Below are positions 32,797 to 42,472 of a stretch of 64,000 nt of DNA, piece after piece (the stretch's first letter is position 1; the number at the start of each line of letters is the position of its first letter). The notes beneath the pieces were generated by a model, which was not told the DNA's origin, ran no database searches, and saw only the letters and a program-made list of their open reading frames with translations. Both the position numbers and the translations under genes were made by a program. Origin of the DNA: an uncultured Gemmatimonadaceae bacterium. Its GTDB lineage: Bacteria > Gemmatimonadota > Gemmatimonadetes > Gemmatimonadales > Gemmatimonadaceae. The stretch is from contig CAWGJO010000024.1 in NCBI GenBank assembly GCA_963822945.1, positions 1 through 64,000 of the forward strand, written 5' to 3'.

Positions 32797-33276
32797 TCAC
32801 GTCCGGGGAACGACGGTGGCGGTGGCCAGACAGGCGAGCCCCTCGCCGCGCCCGATCCAGCCCATGCCTTCGTTGGTCTTCCCCTTGATGCTCACATCGG
32901 CGGTGCCCACTTCCAGCGCCTCGGCCAGGCACTCGCGCATCGCATCCCGGTGGGGGCCCACCCGCGGGTATTCGGCCACCACGGTGATGTCCACCTGCTG
33001 CACGCGCCAGCCCGCGGCGTGTACGCGGGCCAGTGCCGCGCGCAACATGTCTATTGAGTCGCGGTTCTCGTTGGCCGGGTCGTGGTCCGGATACATCTGG
33101 CCGATGTCGCCGAGCGCCGCGGCGCCGAGGATGGCGTCGGTGACCGCGTGGGCGACGGCGTCGCCGTCGGAATGGCCGGCCAGCCGGACGTCGCTCTCGA
33201 TGGTCACCCCGCCCAGGATCATCGGTCCGGGGGGCGCGAAGCGATGCGAGTCGTATCCGATGCCGATTCTGGTCAT
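32797..33276 (-). CDS. ispF: 2-C-methyl-D-erythritol 2,4-cyclodiphosphate synthase
   Basis: RIGIGYDSH, GHSDGD, GDIG and KTNEGMG motifs. Confidence 0.96.
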   Translation of the reverse strand: MTRIGIGYDSHRFAPPGPMILGGVTIESDVRLAGHSDGDAVAHAVTDAILGAAALGDIGQMYPDHDPANENRDSIDMLRAALARVHAAGWRVQQVDITVVAEYPRVGPHRDAMRECLAEALEVGTADVSIKGKTNEGMGWIGRGEGLACLATATVVPRT

Positions 33277-33330
33277 GACGATGGTGCTCCGCGGAGAGCC
33301 CTCCGCCGGAAGCGAGCCGCCGGCGGGCCG

Positions 33331-34365
33331 CTAGGCGGCCGCGCTGGCCGCGAGGGGCACGATGGAATAGTCCTGGCGGCGGCGGGCCGGCGTGAACCCG
33401 GCGTCGCGGATCAGGCGCTCCATCTCCGCCGTCGTGGTGCGGAAGGTGGTGTTGGCCGCCGACACGACGTTCTCCTCGATCATCAGCGAACCGAAGTCGT
33501 TGGCTCCGAACCGCAGCGCGAGCTGGCCGATCTTCATGCCCATGGTCACCCAACTCGCCTGGAGGTTGGGCACGTTGTCGAGCACGAGGCGGGCCATGGC
33601 GAGCGTGCGCAGGTAGTCCACCGCGTCGGTCTTGGGCATGTGCGACATCTCGGGCGTGTTCTCGGGCTGGAGTGGCCAGCAGATGAACGCCGTGAAGCCG
33701 TTGGTGCGGGCCTGCACCTCGCGCACGCGCTGCAGGTGCTCGATGCGCTCGGCCAGCGTCTCGCCGATGCCGTACATCATCGTGACCGAGGTCTTCATCC
33801 CCTCCTGGTGCGCCATCTCCATGATGTCCAGCCAGCGATCGGCGCCGGCCTTCTTGCGCGCCACCTGGTCGCGGACGCGCTGGACGAGAATCTCACCGCC
33901 CCCGCCCGGGATCGAATCGAGCCCCGCCTTCATCAACTCGCGGATCACGTCGCGCGCGTCCATCCGGAACAGCTTGGCGAAAAAGTCCACCTCGCTGGGG
34001 CTGAAGCCATGGATGTGGATGGGATGGTACTTCTTGATGTAGCGCAGGAGGTCGAGGTACCACTCGAAGGGGATGTACGGGTTGTGCCCGCCCTGCATGA
34101 GGATCTGGATGGCGCCCAGTTCCTTGGCCTCGTCGATCTTGGCACCGATCTGCTCGTACGACAGCGTCCAGCCCTCGGCGTGCTTGGGCCGTCGGTAGAA
34201 CGCGCAGAATCCACAGTCGGCCACGCAGACATTGGTGTAGTTGATGTTGCGGTCGACGATGAACGTCACCACGTCGTCGGGGTGCTTCTCGCGGCGAACG
34301 CGATCGGCTTCGGCCCCCAGTTCGAGGAGCGGCGCGTTGGTGTAGAAATCGAGGAGGTCGCGCAT
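33331..34365 (-). CDS. mqnC: Cyclic dehypoxanthinyl futalosine synthase
   Basis: DRNINYTNVCVADCGFCAFY, QGGHNP, QASWVT and GANDFGSLMIEENVVSAA. Confidence 0.92.
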   Translation of the reverse strand: MRDLLDFYTNAPLLELGAEADRVRREKHPDDVVTFIVDRNINYTNVCVADCGFCAFYRRPKHAEGWTLSYEQIGAKIDEAKELGAIQILMQGGHNPYIPFEWYLDLLRYIKKYHPIHIHGFSPSEVDFFAKLFRMDARDVIRELMKAGLDSIPGGGGEILVQRVRDQVARKKAGADRWLDIMEMAHQEGMKTSVTMMYGIGETLAERIEHLQRVREVQARTNGFTAFICWPLQPENTPEMSHMPKTDAVDYLRTLAMARLVLDNVPNLQASWVTMGMKIGQLALRFGANDFGSLMIEENVVSAANTTFRTTTAEMERLIRDAGFTPARRRQDYSIVPLAASAAA

Positions 34366-34376
34366 GACGATACCTG

Positions 34377-35234
34377 CTACGCTGCGGGGAGGAAGCTGAG
34401 CGAGCCGTCGGGGACGCGCCCGGCCGCCACCAGGCGGCGGAAGAATTCCGTGAGACCGGCCAGGTGCCGGTAGGAGAGCCGGTAGTCGAGGCCGGAGAGA
34501 TATTCGAGGCAGTCGGGCCGGGCGACGCCGGTGGCGAGCGACGCCTGCGCGGCGAGCGCATCGAGGTGTTCGAGGCCCCAGTTCCGTGACGTGATGAGCC
34601 GCCCGTGTACGGCCAGCGCGTCCTGCACGTCTGAGCTGCGCTGGGCCACCCACACCGCGAATACGAACGGGAGGCCGGTCCAGGCCTTCCATTCGGCGCC
34701 CAGGTCGTAGGCGTGCCGGTAGTCGGCGCGAGGCGCGATGGCGTCGGCCGCGCCCTCGCCGAGACGCGAATTGAGCAGCAACGCGGCGTCGCCGATCACG
34801 AGCCGGGCATCGTGGTCATCATGGCCGAAGGCCCCGATGTCGGACATCTCGGCGTCGGCGGGCACGAACTGCGGCTTGGCCTGCCACACGTGTTCGAAGA
34901 GCAGTTCGAGGAGGGCGACGCTGGTCATCGAGCTGCGGCTCACCAGCACCCGGCGTCCGCCGAGTTCGTGGGCCGGGCGCTTGGAGAACATCATCACGCT
35001 GCGCACCGGGCCGTCGCTGGTGATCGCGAGGTCGGGGAGCAGCAGGTAGCGCGGCGCGTCGGCGGCGTACTCCACGGCCGAGATGACGCTGACGTCGAGC
35101 GTCCCGTCGCGCATCATGCGATTGAGCGTGGTGGGCACGCCGTCCACGAGTTCGCCGTCGAGCGGCACGATGCCGCGGTCGATGGCCCCGTACACCGGGT
35201 AGCAGTTGATGTAGGGGATGCGACCGATGCGCAT
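34377..35234 (-). CDS. mqnA: Chorismate dehydratase
   Basis: GRIPYINCYP, GPVRSV, IGDAAL and DLGAEWKAWTGLPFVFAVW; located between mqnE and mqnC. Confidence 0.9.
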   Translation of the reverse strand: MRIGRIPYINCYPVYGAIDRGIVPLDGELVDGVPTTLNRMMRDGTLDVSVISAVEYAADAPRYLLLPDLAITSDGPVRSVMMFSKRPAHELGGRRVLVSRSSMTSVALLELLFEHVWQAKPQFVPADAEMSDIGAFGHDDHDARLVIGDAALLLNSRLGEGAADAIAPRADYRHAYDLGAEWKAWTGLPFVFAVWVAQRSSDVQDALAVHGRLITSRNWGLEHLDALAAQASLATGVARPDCLEYLSGLDYRLSYRHLAGLTEFFRRLVAAGRVPDGSLSFLPAA

Positions 35235-36416
35235 CTAGGCCGCCTGGTGCGCGGCGGCCACGTGTGCGTCGTCGTAGGTGCGCACCACGTTGTAGAACGA
35301 ATCGCGCTCGACGGGGATCTTGCCGGCGCCGCGGATGAGGCCCAGCAGGCCGTCGAGCGCCATGGCCTGCGCCGTGTGCGCGCCGGCCTCGTGGTAGATC
35401 TTCTCGTGCACCATGGTCCCTTCCATGTCGTTGACGCCGAAGTGCAGCGAGGCCTGCGACAGGAAGGGGGTGACCATCACCCAGTGGGTCTTCATGTGGG
35501 GGATGTTGTCGAGATACAGGCGTCCGACGGCCAGGTTGCGCAGGTCGTCGAACCCCGACGTCGCGGTGCCCAGCCGGTGCAGCGTCTCGCCGAGCTCGTT
35601 GTTGTCGGGGTGGTAGGCCAGCGGGATGTAGGCCAGGAACCCGCCCGTCTCGCTCTGCAGATCGCGCAGCATCGAGAGGTGGTTGATGCGATCCTCGTCG
35701 GTCTCCACATGCCCGTACAGCATGGTGCAGTTGGTGCGGATGCCCAACGCATGGGCCTCGCGGTGGACGCCGATCCACTCGTCGCCGGCGAGCTTCTTGT
35801 CGGCGATCGTGGCGCGGACACCGGGGCTGAACACCTCGGCCCCCCCGCCGGGCATCGTGTCGAGGCCTGCCTCACGCAATGCCACCAGCACCTCCCGCAC
35901 CGACATCTTCTCGATGCGCGCGATATGCGCGATCTCCACCGCCGTGAGCGCCTTGATGTGCACCTGCGGGTGCCGCGCCTTGAGGGCGCGGAACATCTCG
36001 GCGTAGTACGCCAGCCCGGCCTGCATGTCGAGCCCACCCACGATGTGGAATTCGCGGGTCAGCGTGGTGTTCGCCTCGTCCGATTCGGCGAGCACCTGGT
36101 CGAGCGTGTAGCGGTAGGCGCCGTCCTCCTTGGGCAGCCGGGCGTACGAACAGAACACGCACGTCTTGCGGAGGATGCAGATGTTGGTGGGGTTGATGTG
36201 CTGGTTGGCGGCGAACATGACGCGGTCGCCGTGCATGGCGCGGTTGCGCGCGTCGGCGAGCGTGCCCAGGCCCAGCAGGTCGGGCGTGCGGAACAGGGTC
36301 AGGCCGTCCTCGCGGGTCAGGCGCTCGCCCCGCTCCACCTTGTCGGCGATGGGCTGCAGCGCCGGATCGGTGAGGCGGCCGCGTTCGACGACGGGGGTGG
36401 ACGTCACGGGGGTCAC
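35235..36416 (-). CDS. mqnE: Aminofutalosine synthase MqnE (radical SAM)
   Basis: HINPTNIC, EFHIVGG, IKALTAVEI, PGGGAE, TMLYGH and EKIYHEAGA; GTG start overlaps the fabF stop. Confidence 0.9.
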   Translation of the reverse strand: MTPVTSTPVVERGRLTDPALQPIADKVERGERLTREDGLTLFRTPDLLGLGTLADARNRAMHGDRVMFAANQHINPTNICILRKTCVFCSYARLPKEDGAYRYTLDQVLAESDEANTTLTREFHIVGGLDMQAGLAYYAEMFRALKARHPQVHIKALTAVEIAHIARIEKMSVREVLVALREAGLDTMPGGGAEVFSPGVRATIADKKLAGDEWIGVHREAHALGIRTNCTMLYGHVETDEDRINHLSMLRDLQSETGGFLAYIPLAYHPDNNELGETLHRLGTATSGFDDLRNLAVGRLYLDNIPHMKTHWVMVTPFLSQASLHFGVNDMEGTMVHEKIYHEAGAHTAQAMALDGLLGLIRGAGKIPVERDSFYNVVRTYDDAHVAAAHQAA

Positions 36417-37660
36417 TCCTCCCACTTCCGGACGGCGAGGGTCACGTTGTGCCCCCCGAATCCGAAGTTGTTGCTCAACGCCGTCCGGATCTCGCGCTTC
36501 ACCGCCTGGTTGGGAGTGCAGTTGAGCGTGATGGCCGGATCGGGCGTCTCGTAATTGATGGTCGGCGGGACGACGCCGTCGCGCGCGGCGAGCGTCGTGA
36601 TGATGAATTCCACGGCGCCGGCCGCCCCGAGCATGTGGCCGGTGGCCGACTTGGTGGAGCTGATGTTGATGCCCCCCACGTGCTCGCCGAAGACACTGGT
36701 GATGGCCTGGGTCTCCGCCACGTCGCCCGCCGGCGTCGAGGTGCCGTGGGCATTGATGTACTGGACGTCGGCGGTGGTGATCCCGGCATCGCGTAGTGCC
36801 CGGCGCATGGCGCGCTGCGCGCCCTCGCCGTCCGGGGCCGGCGCCGTGAGATGATGCGCGTCGGCGGTGGCTCCGTAGCCCACGATCTCGCCATAGATGG
36901 TCGCGCCGCGAGCCCGCGCGTGCTCCAGTTCCTCCAGCACCACCACGCCGCACCCCTCGCCCATGACGAATCCGTCGCGCGTCAGGTCGAACGGACGGGA
37001 GGCCGTGGCCGGCGAGTCGTTCCGCTCGGAGAGCGCCTTCATATTTGCGAACCCCCCGATAGCCATCGGCGTGACCGTGGCCTCGGCGCCGCCGCTGATC
37101 ATCACGTCGGCGTCGCCGTACTGGATGGTCCGGTAGGCTTCCCCGATGGCGTGGGCGCCGGTGGAACAGGCGCTGACCGTGGCGAAGTTGGGACCGCGCG
37201 CCCGGAAGCGCATGGAGACCAGCCCCGCCGCGATGTCGGCGATGAACATCGGAATGAAGAACGGGCTGATCTTGCCCGCTCCGCGCTCCCGGTACTGATC
37301 GTGCTGCTCCTCGAAGCTCTTCAATCCGCCGATGCCGCTGCCGAGGATCACGCCGGTGCGTTCCCCGAGCGCGTCATCGAGCTCGCCGCCGAACCCCGCG
37401 CACCGCATCGCCTGTACCGCGCCGGCGATGGCGTATTGCGAATACTGGTCGGCCCGCTTCGCCTCCTTCCGGTCCATGTACTGGAGCGGATCGAAGTCCT
37501 TCACCTCGCACGCGAACCGCACGGGGAACGTGGAGGCATCGAACTTCGTGATCGGCGCCGCGCCCGATTGCCCGCCGAGCAGCGCGCGCCATGTCGTCGC
37601 CACGTCGTTGCCGACTGGCGTGACCATCCCCAGGCCGGTGACGACGACCCGACGTGTCAT
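36413..37660 (-). CDS. fabF: Beta-ketoacyl-ACP synthase II
   Basis: VVVTGLG, SACSTG, NAHGTST, KSATGH and NFGFGGHN motifs. Confidence 0.96.
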   Translation of the reverse strand: MTRRVVVTGLGMVTPVGNDVATTWRALLGGQSGAAPITKFDASTFPVRFACEVKDFDPLQYMDRKEAKRADQYSQYAIAGAVQAMRCAGFGGELDDALGERTGVILGSGIGGLKSFEEQHDQYRERGAGKISPFFIPMFIADIAAGLVSMRFRARGPNFATVSACSTGAHAIGEAYRTIQYGDADVMISGGAEATVTPMAIGGFANMKALSERNDSPATASRPFDLTRDGFVMGEGCGVVVLEELEHARARGATIYGEIVGYGATADAHHLTAPAPDGEGAQRAMRRALRDAGITTADVQYINAHGTSTPAGDVAETQAITSVFGEHVGGINISSTKSATGHMLGAAGAVEFIITTLAARDGVVPPTINYETPDPAITLNCTPNQAVKREIRTALSNNFGFGGHNVTLAVRKWEE

Positions 37661-37899
37661 CAACCGCTGACCTTCTGGTTCAGGTAGCCGACGGCGTCAC
37701 CCACGGTGCGGAGCTTCTCGGCATCCTCGTCCGGGATGTCGATGTTGAACTCCTTCTCGAACTCCATCACCAGCTCGACGATGTCGAGGCTGTCCGCGCC
37801 GAGGTCCTCGATGAAGCTCGCTTCGTCGGTGAGCTTCTCGCGCTCTACCCCGAGTTCCTTCTCGATGATATCGCGAACCTTCTGTGCGTTGTCCGCCAT
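37660..37899 (-). CDS. acpP: Acyl carrier protein
   Basis: [26 protein letters not shown] upstream. Confidence 0.97.
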   Translation of the reverse strand: MADNAQKVRDIIEKELGVEREKLTDEASFIEDLGADSLDIVELVMEFEKEFNIDIPDEDAEKLRTVGDAVGYLNQKVSG

Positions 37900-37936
37900 G
37901 GGATGTGGCTCTCCTTGAAAGGTGTGTAAACGCTGT

Positions 37937-37966
37937 AATCTATCAGCCGAGATTGGCCGTTGTCAG
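37937..37966 (-). promoter_or_regulatory. Putative sigma70 promoter for acpP-fabF
   Basis: Minus strand CTGACA-18 nt-TAGATT with an extended -10 TG. Confidence 0.55.
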
Positions 37967-38704
37967 TCACATAACCATGCCGCCGTCGACCACGAACACC
38001 TGCCCCGTGATGTAGCCGGCATGCTCCGAGGCCAGAAAGGTCACCACCCCCGCGATGTCCGCCGGGGTCCCCAGCCGCTCCAAGGGTATCTGCTGAGACA
38101 GGGCGGTCCGGGCCTCGGCGGTCATCGCCGCGGTCATTTCGGTCTCGATGAACCCCGGGGCGACCACGTTGGCCAGTACGTTCCGGGAGGCCAGTTCCTT
38201 GGCCACCGACTTGGTGAGGCCCAGCAGCCCTGCCTTGCTGGCGGCGTAGTTGGCCTGGCCCTTGTTGCCCACCAGCCCCACCACACTCGAGATGTTGATG
38301 ATCCGCCCCCACCGCCGCTTCATCATGCCCCGCGCGGCCGCCCGGATGGCGGCGAAGGCCCCCCGCAGGTTGGCGTTGAGCACCGCGTCCCAGTCGTCGT
38401 CCTTGAGGCGGAAGAGCACGTTGTCGCGGGTGATCCCGGCGTTGTTCACCAGGATGTCGAGCGTGCCGAATTCCGTCTCTACCGCGCTCACGAGCGCCGC
38501 CACCGAGGCCGGGTCGCCCACGTCGCAGGCGAATCCCCTGGCCGTGGGAGCGATCGCCGCCGCGGCCTCCTGGGCCCGGCCCTGGTCGCGCCCCGCCACC
38601 GCCACCGTGGCCCCGCTGGCGGCCAGCGTCTCGGCGATCGCGCGGCCGATGCCGCGGGTACTTCCCGTCACCAGCGCCACCCGCCCGGTGAGATCGATGT
38701 TCAT
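37967..38704 (-). CDS. fabG: 3-oxoacyl-ACP reductase
   Basis: TGSTRGIG, NNAGITRD, YAASK and PGFIET motifs. Confidence 0.96.
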   Translation of the reverse strand: MNIDLTGRVALVTGSTRGIGRAIAETLAASGATVAVAGRDQGRAQEAAAAIAPTARGFACDVGDPASVAALVSAVETEFGTLDILVNNAGITRDNVLFRLKDDDWDAVLNANLRGAFAAIRAAARGMMKRRWGRIINISSVVGLVGNKGQANYAASKAGLLGLTKSVAKELASRNVLANVVAPGFIETEMTAAMTAEARTALSQQIPLERLGTPADIAGVVTFLASEHAGYITGQVFVVDGGMVM

Positions 38705-39642
38705 GACGCGGCCAGCTCCGTGAGCTTCTGGATGTCGGCGGGGGTGCCGCAGCTCATGGACCGGAGCTGCGGCGCGATCTTCTTCAGCAGGCCCACGAGC
38801 ACCGAACCCGGGCCCAATTCCAGGAACGTTGCCTCGGGGAACGCGGCGGCCATCGCCAGCACCTCGTCGGTCCACCGGACGGGACTCGTGAGCTGCTTGA
38901 GGAGCAGTTCCCGCGCCCGTCCGGCAGACGTGCCGGCATCGGCCGTCACGTTGGAGTATACCGGGAACTCGGCGTCCGTAAACCCAGCGCTGTCAAGCGC
39001 CTGTGACAGTCCGTCTAAAGCCGTTTCCATGAGCGGCGAGTGAAACGCCCCGCTCACGTTCAGCTTGATGGCCCGCTTGGCGCCGAACTCCTTGGCCAGC
39101 GCCATGGCTCGCTCCACGCCGGCCGGTTCTCCGCTGATCACGACCTGTCCGGGGGAGTTGTAGTTCGCCGGAACGACCAGGCCCGCTTCATCGGTGGCCC
39201 GCTCGCAGAGGGCGGCGATCGGTTCGATGGGGTCGCCGAGGATGGCCGCCATTGCTCCCGGGCGGGCGACCCCGCTCTCGTACATCAGTTCACCACGCCG
39301 ACGGACCAGCCGGGCGGCGGCCCCGAGGTCGAGGGCGCCGGCGGCGTGATAGGCGGTGAACTCACCGAGCGAATGCCCGGCGGCCGCGCGCACGCGGCCG
39401 GCGAGAGCCTCGCGCACCACCGCCCACACGGCCGCGCCGTGCGCCAGCAGCGCCGGTTGCGCGTTGTGCGTGAGCGTCAGTTCGTCGGCCGGCCCCTCGA
39501 AGCAGAGCGTGCTCAGGCTGACGCCGAGGGCGTCGTCGACACGCTGGAAGGCGTCGCGAGCGGCGGGAAAGGCAGCGGCGAGGTCCTTCCCCATCCCGGG
39601 AGCCTGGGAGCCCTGCCCTGGAAAGAGGAGAACGAATTCCAT
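38701..39642 (-). CDS. fabD: Malonyl-CoA:ACP transacylase
   Basis: FPGQGSQ, GHSLGE, SGAFHS and ELGPG motifs. Confidence 0.96.
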   Translation of the reverse strand: MEFVLLFPGQGSQAPGMGKDLAAAFPAARDAFQRVDDALGVSLSTLCFEGPADELTLTHNAQPALLAHGAAVWAVVREALAGRVRAAAGHSLGEFTAYHAAGALDLGAAARLVRRRGELMYESGVARPGAMAAILGDPIEPIAALCERATDEAGLVVPANYNSPGQVVISGEPAGVERAMALAKEFGAKRAIKLNVSGAFHSPLMETALDGLSQALDSAGFTDAEFPVYSNVTADAGTSAGRARELLLKQLTSPVRWTDEVLAMAAAFPEATFLELGPGSVLVGLLKKIAPQLRSMSCGTPADIQKLTELAAS

Positions 39643-39644
39643 GG

Positions 39645-40634
39645 TCAGAAGCGCAGAATCATCGAGCCCCACGTGAAGCCGGCGCCGAACCCGACGAGCA
39701 GCACCGTGCTTCCTTCCTTTACCCGCCCGGTCTCGATCGCTTCATCGAGGGCGATCGGAATCGACGCCGACGACGTGTTGCCGTAGCGGTCCACGTTCAC
39801 GTAGACCTTGTCCATCGGCATGTTGGCGTGCTTGGCGGTGGCCTCGATGATCCGGTTGTTGGCCTGGTGCGGGATCAGCAGATCGATGTCGGCACTGGTG
39901 AGCTTGGCGGCATCGAGCACGCGATCGCAGGCATCGGCCATCGACCGCACGGCGTGCTTGAACACCTCGCGGCCGGCCATCTTCACGTAGAAGCTGCGAT
40001 CGTCGAGCACCTGCTGGTCGAACGGGTGCGCCGCGCCGCCCGCGGGCCGGTAGAGGAGATTGGCCAGGGAGCCGTCGCTGCGGATGTAGGTGCCGAGGAC
40101 CCCGCGCGTCCCGTCGGCGGGCTTCACCACCGCCGCCCCCGCCCCGTCGCCGAACAGGACGCAGGTGGCGCGGTCCGTCCAGTCGATGATCGAACTCATC
40201 CGCTCGGCGCCGACCACGAGGACCGTTTCCGCCGATCCCGCGGCGATCATGCCTTCGGCCACCGTGGTGCCGTAGACGAACCCCGAGCAGGCGGCGCTGA
40301 TGTCGAACGCCGCGGCCCGCGTGGCTCCCAACTCGGCCTGGAGATCCACCGCCGTGGACGGCAACAGGCGGTCGGTGGTGGCGGTGCTGAGCACGATGGC
40401 GTCGATGTCACCGGCGTGCACCCCGGCGCGCTCCATGGCCTGGCGGGCGGCCGTGGCGGCCATGCTGCACGTGGTCTCTCCGGCGGCGGCGATGTGTCGT
40501 TCCCGGATGCCGGTGCGCCCGACGATCCACTCGTCCGAGGTCTCGATGCCGATGGCGGCGAAGTCGTGGTTCGTCATGACCCGGTCGGGCACGCCACGGC
40601 CGGTGCCGGCGAAGTAGGCGATGGGGCGCTTCAT
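39645..40634 (-). CDS. fabH: Beta-ketoacyl-ACP synthase III
   Basis: AACSGF, PHQAN, GNTSSAS and GFGAGFTWG motifs. Confidence 0.96.
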   Translation of the reverse strand: MKRPIAYFAGTGRGVPDRVMTNHDFAAIGIETSDEWIVGRTGIRERHIAAAGETTCSMAATAARQAMERAGVHAGDIDAIVLSTATTDRLLPSTAVDLQAELGATRAAAFDISAACSGFVYGTTVAEGMIAAGSAETVLVVGAERMSSIIDWTDRATCVLFGDGAGAAVVKPADGTRGVLGTYIRSDGSLANLLYRPAGGAAHPFDQQVLDDRSFYVKMAGREVFKHAVRSMADACDRVLDAAKLTSADIDLLIPHQANNRIIEATAKHANMPMDKVYVNVDRYGNTSSASIPIALDEAIETGRVKEGSTVLLVGFGAGFTWGSMILRF

Positions 40635-41656
40635 GCCGCGGCTCCGTCGGCCGATGCCGCGTTCAGGCGCTTGCTGATGTGCTCGTCGAGCCGGTTCTCC
40701 ACGGCCTGCACGGCCGCCTTGATGGCGTTCTTGATTGCGCGCGGCGACGAGCGCCCATGGCAGATGATGCTCACGCCGCGCACCCCGAGCAGGGGCGCGC
40801 CGCCGTATTCCGAATAGTCCAACTGCCGGAGTGCGGCGGTGATGCGGTCCTGTTCGATGCCCGCCTTCACCAGAAGTCCGATCATCAGCGGCGCTACTCC
40901 TTCGTAGAATTTGAGGAGCACGTTGCCCACGAAGCCGTCGCAGACGACGACGTCGATGGGGCCATGGTGATTGTGCCCGGCCGGCAGGTCGCGTCCCTCC
41001 ACGTTGCCGGCAAAGTGCAGGCCCGACTGTGCGAGCAGGGCGTGGGTTTCCTTGGACACGGCATCTCCCTTCTCGGGCTCCTCGCCGATGTTGAGCAGCC
41101 CGACGGCGGGATGCTCACGGCCCAGAATGTCGTGCGCGTACACGCTGCCGAGTCGCGCGAACTGCACGAGCTCGGCGGCCGAGCAATCGACGTTGGCGCC
41201 CGAGTCGAGCACGACGACGGCCTGCTGGGCCGTGGGGAAGACGGTCGCGATGGCCGGCCGCTTGACGCCGTCGTGCATGCGGAGCAGCACCATGGAGGCG
41301 GCCATCTGGGCCCCGGTGTTGCCGGCCGAGACGAACGCGTCGCACTGCCCTTCGGCATGCAGCCGCAGGCCCACCATCATCGAGCTGTTGGGTTTGCCGC
41401 GGATGGCGGCGCTGGGCTTTTCCGCCATGGCGATGACGTCCGGCGCTTCCACGACGTGCAGGCGCGCGCGATGCGCGGCGAGCCCGGCGTGCTCGCCGCG
41501 CAGCACCTCATCGAGCGTCTGCTCGATGAGTGCCGAGGGTCCCACGAGGTGGATCGAGTGTGCGGGATCGAGCTCGGCGGCTGCGAGGAGCGCTCCGGTG
41601 ACGGTCGCGCGTGGGGCGTGATCGCCCCCCATCGCGTCCAACGCGATCCGCGCCAA
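40631..41656 (-). CDS. plsX: Phosphate acyltransferase PlsX
   Basis: IALDAMGGDHAP, SAGNTGA, DSGAN, NIGEE, CDGFVGN and HGRS; TTG start. Confidence 0.96.
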   Translation of the reverse strand: MARIALDAMGGDHAPRATVTGALLAAAELDPAHSIHLVGPSALIEQTLDEVLRGEHAGLAAHRARLHVVEAPDVIAMAEKPSAAIRGKPNSSMMVGLRLHAEGQCDAFVSAGNTGAQMAASMVLLRMHDGVKRPAIATVFPTAQQAVVVLDSGANVDCSAAELVQFARLGSVYAHDILGREHPAVGLLNIGEEPEKGDAVSKETHALLAQSGLHFAGNVEGRDLPAGHNHHGPIDVVVCDGFVGNVLLKFYEGVAPLMIGLLVKAGIEQDRITAALRQLDYSEYGGAPLLGVRGVSIICHGRSSPRAIKNAIKAAVQAVENRLDEHISKRLNAASADGAAA

Positions 41657-41658
41657 GA

Positions 41659-41841
41659 TCAGGCTTCCCTGGCGGCGACTCGCTGCTTACCGGCGTAGTA
41701 TCCGCACTCGTCGCACACGCGGTGCGGGCGCTTCATCGCCTGGCAGCGGGGGCACTTCTGCAGGGCGATCGGCGCCGCCTTCTTGTGCGTGTTGCGGGCG
41801 CGCTTCTTGCGCTTGGAGGTTCTGCGTTTCGGGACGGCCAT
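41659..41841 (-). CDS. rpmF: 50S ribosomal protein L32 (Zn-ribbon type)
   Basis: MAVPKRRTS...CPRC...HRVCDECGYY. Confidence 0.97.
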   Translation of the reverse strand: MAVPKRRTSKRKKRARNTHKKAAPIALQKCPRCQAMKRPHRVCDECGYYAGKQRVAAREA

Positions 41842-41877
41842 GGCTCGATGGGAATCGGTGAAAGTCTGGTAATACGG

Positions 41878-42390
41878 CTAATTGCTCGGAGTGGAATCGA
41901 GTTTGCGCAGCGCATCCCACCGGGAATCGCCGGCGGGCGGACAGCTGCACGGACCCGCGTTGAGATCGGCCCCGCAGGTGGGACAGTAGCCCTTGCAGTC
42001 TTCACGACAGAGCGCGTAGGCCGGCGCGTTCAGCACCCACAGTTCCCGGACGGCCGGACGCAAATCCAATTCCTTGTCCCGAGGGCCGAACGTGTACACG
42101 TCCGGGTCATCGGCTTCTTCATCGCCGGTTGGGGCGAAGATGAGGTGCGCTTCATCCTCCACCACCACCGACGTCTCGGTCAAACAACGGCGGCACGGCA
42201 GCACCGCGGTACCCGCGATGCGACCGTGCCAGTAGAATCGCCCCGCCCCGGCCGCCGAGAGACGGCCCGTGACGTGTACGACTCCGTTCGGCACCGCGTC
42301 ACCGTGTTCCCAGATCGGATCGTCGGCCGCCAGCTCGCCATCGACCTGGACAGCTTGGGACTCGAGTTCGCGGATGTCAAAGGACAGCAT
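41878..42390 (-). CDS. yceD: DUF177/YceD family protein
   Basis: CRRCL, LCREDCKGYCPTCG and DSRWDAL; directly upstream of rpmF. Confidence 0.92.
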   Translation of the reverse strand: MLSFDIRELESQAVQVDGELAADDPIWEHGDAVPNGVVHVTGRLSAAGAGRFYWHGRIAGTAVLPCRRCLTETSVVVEDEAHLIFAPTGDEEADDPDVYTFGPRDKELDLRPAVRELWVLNAPAYALCREDCKGYCPTCGADLNAGPCSCPPAGDSRWDALRKLDSTPSN

Positions 42391-42398
42391 AGCCACGA

Positions 42399-42427
42399 AA
42401 ACTACTCGGCTCGGATGGCCATTACAA
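42399..42427 (-). promoter_or_regulatory. Putative sigma70 promoter for the yceD-rpmF-plsX-fab operon
   Basis: Minus strand TTGTAA-17 nt-TAGTTT, 8 nt before the yceD ATG. Confidence 0.55.
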
Positions 42428-42472
42428 GTCGCCAAGCGCCACGAAGTTAGCTCGCCTCGCAGGCCCTCGCGG

